Below, piece by piece: positions 42,674-51,631 of a stretch of 64,000 bases of DNA. This DNA is from Schmidtea polychroa. Its lineage: Eukaryota. Under the pieces are notes generated by a model, which ran no database searches, had not been told where the DNA came from, and saw only the letters and a program-made list of their open reading frames with translations. The DNA lies in contig CM097885.1 in NCBI GenBank assembly GCA_044892525.1, positions 48,114,001-48,178,000 on the forward strand, read 5' to 3'. Numbering within the stretch: position 1 is the stretch's first letter; each line of letters begins with the position of its first letter. Position numbers and translations under genes: made by a program.

Positions 42674-42767
42674 AACCAACGATATTTAATTTTTTAATAA
42701 TAAAATGTCGACAATTAATTTAAGCAACTATAGCAACCTGATCTACTTTTTTAAAAATACACCCATT

Positions 42768-43364
42768 TTATAAGTAAGAATTCTTTAACCATTTTTCTCG
42801 AGATGTTTTTTTATTACTTATAACATTAGCCACCATGCCCTCCCTTTTTAATCTTATAACCTCATTCTTTATATCTTGTATTATTTGATTTGATTTCATT
42901 ATTTCTTCGTCTGTCAGGATTCCATCTTCCAAAGCTTTTAATTGAAATAAAAATAATTTAGAGATTCCTAATTCTATTGATAAACAAACTTCTCTATATA
43001 AACTTTTCTTTTTAGAAGTATAAGATAATGAAACTATTTCAGTTAAGAAACCATCAGCTACAGAAATACTTCCAAGTATTACTGGCGCAAGTGTTAAAAC
43101 TGGTAAAGTTATAGGTAAAATAACTGTTAATATTGCAGATGCAAATCCTAAAGAATAACCTATAACTTTTAAAACTGTATTCCCTTTATTCCATCTATTT
43201 TTAATTTTTTTATAATGCTTTAATAAATCTTGTAAATGTAAGGTTTCTGATTTAAATTCTTTTACTCTCATAATTTCAAGTTCTGTGGGAGCCGAGGCCT
43301 TGGAAGAATAATATCCTGATGATCTCAATTCTGGGTAAATTTTTTCTTCTCTTACTTCTTTCAT
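42768..43364 (-). CDS. Conserved Maverick/adintovirus membrane protein (GasderminX-like)
   Basis: KIYPEL..APT N-terminus, two hydrophobic helices, KKK..KALEDGILTDEE C-terminal motif. Confidence 0.6.
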   Translation of the reverse strand: MKEVREEKIYPELRSSGYYSSKASAPTELEIMRVKEFKSETLHLQDLLKHYKKIKNRWNKGNTVLKVIGYSLGFASAILTVILPITLPVLTLAPVILGSISVADGFLTEIVSLSYTSKKKSLYREVCLSIELGISKLFLFQLKALEDGILTDEEIMKSNQIIQDIKNEVIRLKREGMVANVISNKKTSREKWLKNSYL

Positions 43365-43372
43365 TTTAATAA

Positions 43373-44383
43373 TTAAAAAAATAAGACTTTATTCTTCTGA
43401 GCACCATCTGGCACCAATACTCGGATATCAAAAGAAACTCTTGTTGAGAGGATATCTTTATACAATTCTCTCAATGCTTTACGAACTTCATCAACATCAA
43501 CCTTTTTTTCATAAAATATTAAATCTATATATTGTACAAGTGAACTAGAAAAATGAATATTCTTACTTTTAACTTTATGTAGTCCATGTGAATGAGTATT
43601 AACATACCAATCTCCGTGTGGTAAATCATAACTAGTCATTATAACATCACCCTTTTCAAGCTTACTATTATAATCACATTTCACAAACCATTTCATTCTT
43701 TCATTATCATCATCAAACAAAAAGAAATAAGGATCAATAATTTTTACAACCATAAAAACACCCCATTCTTTACTGTTTGTTGTTATTAAACTTGGTTCTA
43801 TAAAATGTTTATATGTATGGGGTAATAATGTTTTATTCTGTTCTAATTCAGCAGCTCTTTTTCTAATACTATGTGTGGTGTTAATGTGTGTTCCATGAGA
43901 CTCTAAATTTGAAATTCTTTTATTAAATGATGTAATCATCTCATTTATTATTTTATATATTGTATTAAATTTTGTATTCATAATTTGTTTATCTTTAGAA
44001 TTTAATATAGCAGTATTTAACTTTACAACTTGTTCAGTTAACAGACTTTGTAACTTGTCAAATTTATCATTAAATCGTTGTTCGATATTATTAAGCTTTG
44101 ATTCCATTGAATCAATTTTTGTTGTTAATGAACTTTCAATTCTTGTTGTTGTTAAATCAGTATAATTTTTGACACCATCAACATATTTTTTATTAACTGC
44201 ATCAGCTTCATCAGTTGGTAAAGATAAATCTTTTATCTTGTGTCCATTTAAATTTAAATCTCCTTTCATTGAATCACCTCTTTCATTAATATATTTATTT
44301 TCTGTTAAAGTTAATATTTCTTCTGTATTAAACCCTGTTTTTATTGTTCCACCACCTCTATTACAAGGAATATAAGAACTCAT
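43373..44383 (-). CDS. Putative virion fibre/spike protein
   Basis: GDSMKGDLNLNGHKIKDLSLPTDEADAVNKKYVD tail-fibre/YadA neck-like motif, then coiled coil and globular C-terminus; adjacent to penton. Confidence 0.55.
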   Translation of the reverse strand: MSSYIPCNRGGGTIKTGFNTEEILTLTENKYINERGDSMKGDLNLNGHKIKDLSLPTDEADAVNKKYVDGVKNYTDLTTTRIESSLTTKIDSMESKLNNIEQRFNDKFDKLQSLLTEQVVKLNTAILNSKDKQIMNTKFNTIYKIINEMITSFNKRISNLESHGTHINTTHSIRKRAAELEQNKTLLPHTYKHFIEPSLITTNSKEWGVFMVVKIIDPYFFLFDDDNERMKWFVKCDYNSKLEKGDVIMTSYDLPHGDWYVNTHSHGLHKVKSKNIHFSSSLVQYIDLIFYEKKVDVDEVRKALRELYKDILSTRVSFDIRVLVPDGAQKNKVLFF

Positions 44384-44407
44384 TTATTAATAATTTAAAA
44401 TGAATCT

Positions 44408-45172
44408 TCAAACCTGTTTCAAATGTAAATACATTGAAATCTCTTCTCCATTAAAATCAATCAATTCTCCTTCTTGATTAAGAATTTTAAAATTAATATC
44501 CATTATATATTTTCTACATAAAGGTAAATAATTTGGAGGATTCATTCTTTCAACTATTTTATATCCCATAGGAACTGTGTTTGAGGGAAAGGAATATAAA
44601 ACATTTGTTTGTTTACCATTATTATAAGAACCTGTTATACAATCGCAATGAATATTTATTGTGTTTGTATTTATTATTTTTATAATATGTTCTGATGTTA
44701 TTATTTTATCTTCTTTTATTGTTATATCCATAAGTTTAAATCCTAAAACTGTGTGAAAGAAACAATTATCTAAAAAACTAATTTTTATATTCTTCAAAGT
44801 CATTACACATTTTGAAGTTGGTATATCCATTTTAATTTTAATACCTTCATTTGTTTTTTTAGAAAGTATATCATTTAAATCTTTTATCTCATATGCCCCA
44901 GGTTCTATTGTTATAATTTCTGGTTTATGCCCATCACGAGTTTGAATAGTAAATTTATTATTATCTTTAGTTATATTAAAAATAGTATTATAAGCACAAA
45001 ACCATAATAGCCCCAATTCATAATTTAAATTTTGATCTAATTTAATTGAATCTTGAAAGTTTATAGTAAAGTCTGATTCTTTTGAATTTATAGATAAAGT
45101 TCTTGAATATTTATCTGACATTATGTTTACCATTTTTTTTAAATTATCTTCCGGAGGGTTGTGAAGCTCCAT
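44408..45172 (-). CDS. Minor capsid protein (penton)
   Basis: YELGL..YNTIFNITKDNNKF, PGAYEIKDLN, INIHCDCITGSYNNG, GYKIVE.P.YLP, NQEGELIDFNGE. Confidence 0.85.
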   Translation of the reverse strand: MELHNPPEDNLKKMVNIMSDKYSRTLSINSKESDFTINFQDSIKLDQNLNYELGLLWFCAYNTIFNITKDNNKFTIQTRDGHKPEIITIEPGAYEIKDLNDILSKKTNEGIKIKMDIPTSKCVMTLKNIKISFLDNCFFHTVLGFKLMDITIKEDKIITSEHIIKIINTNTINIHCDCITGSYNNGKQTNVLYSFPSNTVPMGYKIVERMNPPNYLPLCRKYIMDINFKILNQEGELIDFNGEEISMYLHLKQV

Positions 45173-45205
45173 TTCTTTAGTAGTAAATTCATATAGTAAA
45201 AATTC

Positions 45206-45670
45206 TTATAGTAGAGATTCTAGATCATTATAAATTTCTTGAATTATAGATTCAAAATCCTGCGTATGCCCCTTTCCCTCTCCCTTATTCAATCTATACA
45301 AAACATATAAACTTAAAATACCACATATTTTAGTATTCAAAGGTTGAACTTGTAAAGAGTTAAAAGTATAACCATTTGGGGAATCAATCGGAGAACCCCT
45401 CAAGAGATAATCTTCAACTTCTTTAGTAGGTTTAATCCCAAAAGAATCAAAGTAGATAGATTTCTTATATATACAAACCCAATGAGATCCTTTTTCATTT
45501 GAATTTTGATAATTGATTATTATATTCAGGGGACTCTCCAGACTTGATAATTCATCATTCATTAATATTTTAATTTTTAAATTTAAATAATTTGCATAAT
45601 CTTTTAAATCAAAATTTGTTTTTGCATTTATTCCAAATGTTTTTAAAAAATCTAATATTGAAGGAGTCAT
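45206..45670 (-). CDS. Adenain-like cysteine protease
   Basis: GSHWVC, YFDSFG, Q..CG catalytic His/Asp/Gln/Cys pattern. Confidence 0.9.
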   Translation of the reverse strand: MTPSILDFLKTFGINAKTNFDLKDYANYLNLKIKILMNDELSSLESPLNIIINYQNSNEKGSHWVCIYKKSIYFDSFGIKPTKEVEDYLLRGSPIDSPNGYTFNSLQVQPLNTKICGILSLYVLYRLNKGEGKGHTQDFESIIQEIYNDLESLL

Positions 45671-46567
45671 TTTGTATTTTAAAACTTCGTATTTATAACT
45701 TCGTATACTTATTAAATTTATCTTTTGAAATTATTCCTTGTTTTAACAAATCTTTAGAAATCTTTAAAATATCAGAATCTAAATTATTATGTCCTGCTTT
45801 CCTTGCAGCTAATAGTTTTCTTAATTCAATAAAAAGATTGATGGGATTTGGTTTACCACCTTCACTAATTAATCCCTCTCCCTCTGTAACAACATAACCC
45901 TTTTCATTTTTATTTAAATAATTCTTTAAATCTTGAATATATTTTGCTTTATTAATCTTATTAATCTTATTAAATTTAAATATTTTTTAATTTCTTCAAC
46001 ATCATCTGAAGAATATCCACAAAGTAATCTATAAAAATCATCTGTAAATTCAAAGTCTAAATATTCATTATAAACATTTTGTGAATGAATACGTGATTTA
46101 TTTTCTGAATTTGAATATAAAGTAAAGTTTTGTTTATTAATTGTTATTATTTGATATCCTTCAGTATTAGTATTAAATATGGGTCTAATTGAAGGAGGTA
46201 AATCATCTCTAATTTTAGGATCAACTTTAAGAGGTTTTGTTTTTAAAAACATTTCTTCTTCTTCCACATTAGAAATTCTTCTGCGTTTTCTTTGATTTCT
46301 TTCAGGATGGTTTTCACTGGATTCTTTTTCTTTATCCTGCCACTCTAGTTCTTTTATTTTTTGTTTTTTATCTTCTAACTCTTTAAATTTTGCTTGCTCA
46401 TTGAAATCTTCCAACTCTTTTATAGCTTTAATTGTTGGCCCCTGTTGTTGTGTTATTACCTCATTTAATATTATAGATTCAGCATGTTGAGTTGTATCTT
46501 TTTTATTATATTTATCTTGTTCTGATTGTAATTTTTTTAAAAGTGCTAATCTTTCTTCATATACCAT
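45667..46567 (-). pseudogene. Conserved Maverick protein of unknown function, apparently split by a frameshift near 45926
   Basis: 213 aa ORF, then in another frame LRKLLAARKAGHNNLDSDILKISKDLLKQGII, resembling the Polinton L..AGNN..I..L..G.I C-terminal motif. Confidence 0.5.
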
Positions 46568-46745
46568 TTTAATGGTATCAAAAATGGTATCAATGGGGTT
46601 CGAAGGGCTTCAAGTATAATCCTTTACCATTTTTAGTTTTACAAAGGCATCCATTCTTTAAAGATTTACATATTTTTTTTAAATCTTCTTTATCTTTTGA
46701 AGATAAAGATTCAGATGTAGAAATTTGATTTTTTAAAAAATCATT

Positions 46746-47169
46746 TCAACCTCTACCTTTATAAGGATCAAGATAGAGACCTTTGCCCTGAGACTTTTGC
46801 CGACTCCCCTCATATGGATTAAGATAGAGACCCTTTCCAACGGACACTCCCCCTTTAGCTTGCCCTACCTTCTTCATTGAATCGATTTCAGTTTGTAGTT
46901 TTTCTTTTTCTAGGTCTGTCTTTTGAGATTCTTTAGCTTTTTGAACTGTAGTTGCAATTCCTCCAGCTATTCCAGCAGCACCTGATAAACCAGCAATGAT
47001 TGCAGGTATTAAAGCAGCTAATGGAAGAATGCCACCTTCTTTAGCTTCGTGGAGCTTCGCTCTAACTTGTTCTTTTACATGTTTTCCAATAAAATATTTT
47101 TTACCATCAATTACTACTGATTTATTTTTATTTGAATTTATTAATTCTTAAAGATTCTTCAGTTGTCAT
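46746..47169 (-). pseudogene. Adenovirus pX/mu-like core protein precursor, frameshifted near the start; absent from the ORF track
   Basis: KEGGILPLAALIPAIIAGLSGAAGIAGGIA and two GKGLYL(N/D)PY repeats. Confidence 0.7.
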
Positions 47170-47184
47170 TTTATAATAAAAAAA

Positions 47185-47993
47185 ATGGATATTTGGAAAC
47201 CAATTTTAAATAGACATAAGAGTAAATTTAATAATAAAGTATTTCCTGATAATTTTAGATTATTAATTGTTGGTTCTTCTGGATGTGGAAAGAATGTACT
47301 TGTTTTGAGAATGTTACTTGAAGATGATTTTTTAGATTATAATAATTTAATCTTTTATTCTACAACCATAAATCAACCAGAATTACAACTTTTGAAATGT
47401 GGATTTGAAAATAAATTAACTAAAAAAGCAATAATTGATATTTTTAAAAATCAACATAGGTGTCCTGAAGAAGTTTTTCATCCTTGTGATATGGTTGATT
47501 GGTATAAGGAAAAGATTTTAGAATCAGATATTAATAATAAAAATGATTATATTTGTGAAGATCAGGGCAGGGGCAGGCGCAAGCAGAGGCAATTCAAGTT
47601 TTATTCTCTAATAAACCTGAAGATGTTTTACATTGTGATTTACTTCCTAAAGATAAAAAGAATCTAGTTATATTTGATGATGTTGTTAATATGAAAAATC
47701 AAGAGATTCAAAAGAGTTACTTTACACGAGGTCGACATAATAATTGTAATGTTATTTATATATCTCAAACATATTATGCTTTAGATAAAAATTCAATAAG
47801 AAATAATTCCAATTGTTTTATATTTTTTAAATTAGATCGCCGTGATAAGAATATGATTTATAATGATTTATTTTCAAATGTTGAACCTGATAAGAATATG
47901 TTTGATATGTTTGTTGATAATCATTGGAAAGAAAAATATAATTATATTTATTTGGATAGAGAAGAAGCTGAAATATGGAAAAGTTTGTTTTAG
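47185..47993 (+). pseudogene. A32/FtsK-like packaging ATPase with a frameshift near 47570-47600
   Basis: Walker A GSSGCGKN; Walker B LVIFDD; FTRGRHNN..IYISQ; IRNN. Confidence 0.9.
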
Positions 47994-48004
47994 GGCTTGT
48001 CGAC

Positions 48005-49417
48005 TTAAAAATCTGTTTTCTGTAGTTCATTATTATAAAATCTACCTAATATTTTTTCATTATTTAAATCAAAGATGCTATATGTTATTGGAGTTGTATA
48101 ATGTATTTTATTTATAATAAAAATTTCATTTGTCCATTTTGCTGTGAATCCTTTTTCAAATTTATTTTTATATTTAAATATTCTTACTCGGTCACCAATT
48201 TTAAACTTTGGTTTTTCAATAACATCATTTTCAATATTTACCACTTTAATGGTTTCAGGCTTCATGGAAGCATTTAAAGGTGTTAATTTTATAGAACTAT
48301 GTACATCATTATTATATTCATTTACAATCTTTTGTAACAATTCATTGTTCCATTTTTGTTTTCCAATAGCAGTAAAATATTTCCACATTTTATTTTTTAA
48401 TGTTCTATTTAATCTTTCATCTACGACTGCTTTTCCTTCGTTTTCTGTTGAATATAATTTAATATCATTTTCATTTAAAAACTTTGTAAAAACTTTGTTA
48501 TAAAATTCTGTTCCTTTATCACACCATAAATATTTTGGGATTCTTTGATTTTCTTCAAAAATATTTTCAAATGCTTCTGTAATAGAATATCCTGTTTTAT
48601 TTTCTAAACACCTTGCAAAGGCAAATCTTGTATATAAATCTATTACAGTTAAAATTATTTTATATTTTTCAGGGTCTGATGATTTGGTTGGCATAAAGAC
48701 TAAATCTGCAGACCATGTTTGATCTTTTTCATGTACTTGAACTTTTAAATATTTTTTATTTTTTCTAAATTCAAGGTGTAATTCGTTGGCATATTTTATT
48801 TGTGATTCTGTTAGGGTTAATAAACTAGTCTTGGATATATTCTCGAGGGATCTTTCAGCATCTGCTTGTTCAATAATCTTTTTATTAGCAACATCTTTTG
48901 CTTTCCTTGGTAAACTAGCACCCATGGTGATCGGACTGTGTCCTAAGCCTATGAAAATCTTACCTTTCATTGCTAATTTAACTAGAGCTCTTTGAATCTT
49001 TTCTTGGGTTGATGGATTTTGGATACTATTTAAATCATGTATTAAATTAACATCTGCAACATGTCTATCTCTAAGATCTTCTGAATTGTAAGCAATATCA
49101 TGTTTTAAAGCTGCTTGGTCGATTCTATTTATTGGTTCTTCTCCTTGTTTGGGATTATTATTTTCATCTAATCTAATATCTAATCTTGTTCCTGGCCCAG
49201 TATAATTGTGTTTAAATAAATGTCTTTCACCTGGATATTTTTCTGTAGTAAAAGGTTTTAATATTGAAGATGTTGTTTTTGAAGATTGCAAATCACCTCC
49301 AGCTCGTGGAATTAGATCACCTCCCGTATGTTTTTTAGTTTTTAAATGACTTGCTTTATGATGTCTTGTAACTTGACAATTACAACTTTCACATCTCCAA
49401 TATTTATTTAGAGACAT
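48005..49417 (-). CDS. Zn finger - PLA2-like domain - retroviral-type (rve) integrase fusion
   Basis: CESC..HLKTKKH; HNYTGPGT..PINRIDQAALKHDIAY; WSADLV, VIDLYTR, CDKGTEF, ERLNRTLK, KFKIGDRVRI..FEKGFTAKWT. Confidence 0.9.
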   Translation of the reverse strand: MSLNKYWRCESCNCQVTRHHKASHLKTKKHTGGDLIPRAGGDLQSSKTTSSILKPFTTEKYPGERHLFKHNYTGPGTRLDIRLDENNNPKQGEEPINRIDQAALKHDIAYNSEDLRDRHVADVNLIHDLNSIQNPSTQEKIQRALVKLAMKGKIFIGLGHSPITMGASLPRKAKDVANKKIIEQADAERSLENISKTSLLTLTESQIKYANELHLEFRKNKKYLKVQVHEKDQTWSADLVFMPTKSSDPEKYKIILTVIDLYTRFAFARCLENKTGYSITEAFENIFEENQRIPKYLWCDKGTEFYNKVFTKFLNENDIKLYSTENEGKAVVDERLNRTLKNKMWKYFTAIGKQKWNNELLQKIVNEYNNDVHSSIKLTPLNASMKPETIKVVNIENDVIEKPKFKIGDRVRIFKYKNKFEKGFTAKWTNEIFIINKIHYTTPITYSIFDLNNEKILGRFYNNELQKTDF

Positions 49418-49446
49418 TTTAAAATGTTAAAATATCAGGGATTATA

Positions 49447-50739
49447 TCAAGAATCTCCCCTAACATTTTCAATAATTGAAATCTTTCCACCATATAATTT
49501 CATTTCTATTTTCTTTTCTTCTAATATTAATGTATATACTTTAGCTTTGAAATTAGAATCCTTTGTTACATGAAGTGTAACATCAACATTATTTATGGCT
49601 AATCTATCATCTTGATCTGATACATTTATACAAAATATAGAATATAAATTTTTGAAATCTTCTAAACTTAATTGCGGTTCAACTTTGAAATCATAACATG
49701 TTTCAATATAATTTAGATATGGGAATATGTTTTCATTATTTTCAATATTAAATTCCATTCTATTTATTGGATAATAAGAACTATTTAATTGAATTTGGAT
49801 TGTTTTTAAATTATCATCTCCAATCATTTGAATAAATAGATTGTTATATTTTTGGAAAGATGAATCTACTTCTTTGAATCCAATCAAGATATATCTTGGT
49901 CGGTATGCTAAATTTGCTACCTTTATGAAATATGTTGAACCCTCTGTCATACTAAATTCACTACAGATTCTATTTAAATAATTTACATTTATAGACTTGT
50001 TGGAATTTAATCTTTCAAGGAGTTTGATTTCAGAATGTGGGTTTAATGTCCATTCAGGTATATGCAATTCAAGTGTTGATAATTTTAATTTAGCTTTTGT
50101 ATCTGCAGCTCCATAGAACAATCTTTTATCACCTTCTAGTCTATTACAGATGATTTCTATAAAAACATTATGAAGTACACGGTTATAATTTTGAAGGAAT
50201 CCAAACAAGTGTTTTAATTCAAAATAACCTTCAAATTTTTTAGATTTATAAAGTTCAGCTCTTTTATGGTAACCATGGTTTACATCTAAACCATCTTTAT
50301 CTAAATCCCCTTTATTAGTGTCAGGAATCCAACCTGTTAATTCACCATATTCATTTTTATAATCACAACCAGTCAAAATAAAATTTAACATTGTAGAATA
50401 TACTCCTGGATGTAAAACAGTTTCAATTTCTGATGATCCTAGTTTTAATCTCATGTTGGAGAATAAATTTGGAAAGAAATTATTTTCTAGGGTTATATCT
50501 TTGTTTGCTTCAATTTCTAATTCTACTTTGTAATATAATTTGGCATTACAAATATCTATTGGGTTTGATGTTTGAAGAGATTGAAAAACTATATCACCCC
50601 TACGATTTAAGTTTGCAATAGATCCTGAAGTTGGAGAGATTTTAAGTACATCATTTTTCTTGATTTCATGAGTAAATTCTTTATTATAATCAAGATTTAA
50701 TTTATTTTTTTCTTGAATTTTAAGATTTATATTATTCAT
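49447..50739 (-). CDS. Major capsid protein (double jelly-roll), 430 aa from ATG at 50739
   Basis: LN..G.I.F, NNFFPNLFSNMRLKLGSSEIE...PG, LKHLFGF, PRYILIGF, LNSSYYP, YSIFCINVS; size and position fit a Polinton MCP. Confidence 0.85.
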   Translation of the reverse strand: MNNINLKIQEKNKLNLDYNKEFTHEIKKNDVLKISPTSGSIANLNRRGDIVFQSLQTSNPIDICNAKLYYKVELEIEANKDITLENNFFPNLFSNMRLKLGSSEIETVLHPGVYSTMLNFILTGCDYKNEYGELTGWIPDTNKGDLDKDGLDVNHGYHKRAELYKSKKFEGYFELKHLFGFLQNYNRVLHNVFIEIICNRLEGDKRLFYGAADTKAKLKLSTLELHIPEWTLNPHSEIKLLERLNSNKSINVNYLNRICSEFSMTEGSTYFIKVANLAYRPRYILIGFKEVDSSFQKYNNLFIQMIGDDNLKTIQIQLNSSYYPINRMEFNIENNENIFPYLNYIETCYDFKVEPQLSLEDFKNLYSIFCINVSDQDDRLAINNVDVTLHVTKDSNFKAKVYTLILEEKKIEMKLYGGKISIIENVRGDS

Positions 50740-50824
50740 TTTTATATATAAAAGTTGATAAAAATAAAAGTTGAAAAAAAAAATAAAAATAAAAGGGAAT
50801 TCAATAAAAAAATAATTTATAAAA

Positions 50825-51046
50825 ATGATTGACTTTATTGAAAGAATGAGAAATGAATTGAATGAAGTTAAACTTAAGAGAATGAAAAGAAGAGAAGAAG
50901 AACCATTAGAATACATTAAAGAGTTGGTGGTAGAGAATGAAAAGTATCGACATTTTTACATGAATGCAGTAGAAGTAGCTGAGAAAAGATTAGATAAAAT
51001 AAAACAATTACAGGAAAGAATAAAAGAACTTGAATCGATTATTTAA
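50825..51046 (+). CDS. Small coiled-coil protein of unknown function, divergent from the MCP
   Basis: Clean 73 aa ORF with AAAATG start context shared by other element genes. Confidence 0.55.
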   Translation: MIDFIERMRNELNEVKLKRMKRREEEPLEYIKELVVENEKYRHFYMNAVEVAEKRLDKIKQLQERIKELESII

Positions 51047-51064
51047 AAAAATGACAAAAATCCA

Positions 51065-51148
51065 AACCTTGATGGCGCAGTGGGCTAGACTAACACAGTG
51101 GTTCAAAATGCTAGCGGTTCAAATCACATCTGAGGTTAGTTTTTTTTT
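51065..51148 (+). ncRNA. Candidate tRNA-like Pol III RNA unit A (extra tandem copy)
   Basis: TGGCGCAGTGG A box, GGTTCAAATCAC B box, AACCT/AGGTT terminal stem, T9. Confidence 0.5.
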
Positions 51149-51297
51149 CAACATAAAATAATATTAAAAATTTGAAAATAATATTGAAAATAGTGTGGGT
51201 ATCTTATATTTATAAAGTACTTGTATATTTTATTTTATTTATTTTATTTTATTTTATTTTTTTATAAATTAAAAATTAAAAAAATGACAAAAATCCA

Positions 51298-51380
51298 AAC
51301 CTTGATGGCGCAGTGGGCTAGACAGGCACCGTGGTTCAAATGGACAGCGGTTCAAATCACATCTGAGGTTAGTTTTTTTT
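51298..51380 (+). ncRNA. Candidate tRNA-like Pol III RNA unit A (right TIR)
   Basis: TGGCGCAGTGG A box, GGTTCAAATCAC B box, AACCT/AGGTT terminal stem, T8. Confidence 0.55.
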
Positions 51381-51536
51381 CAACATAAAATAATATTAAA
51401 AATTTGAAAATAATAGTGTGGGTATCTTAGATTTATATTTTATTTTATTCATTTTTATTTTATTTTATTTTATTTTATTTATTTTATTTATTATTTTATT
51501 TTTTAAACATAAATATGAAAAAAAAAATATTGAAAC

Positions 51537-51631
51537 GGGTGATGGTGGCGAACCGGTAATTATCGCCACCTGTCTTTCGAACACCCCCGGATCGATCCCG
51601 GTAATGTGCACATTTATTTCTCAGTTGTTTT
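51537..51631 (+). ncRNA. Candidate structured Pol III-type RNA unit B (right TIR)
   Basis: GGGTG/CACCC closing stem, GGTGGCGA/TCGCCACC hairpin, CCGG-ATCGATC-CCGG T-arm-like hairpin, T4 downstream. Confidence 0.35.

Noticed and set aside
50740..50916. 59 aa hydrophobic N-terminal extension of the MCP in the ORF track
   Set aside because: It is the antisense of the 73 aa ORF plus AT-rich intergenic sequence; ATG at 50739 has the element's usual AAAATG context
51298..51380. Possible true tRNA (TTCA suggests a Sec or opal-suppressor anticodon)
   Set aside because: No canonical D stem or anticodon arm with U33; the TTCA is part of a duplicated B-box-like motif. Kept only as tRNA-like
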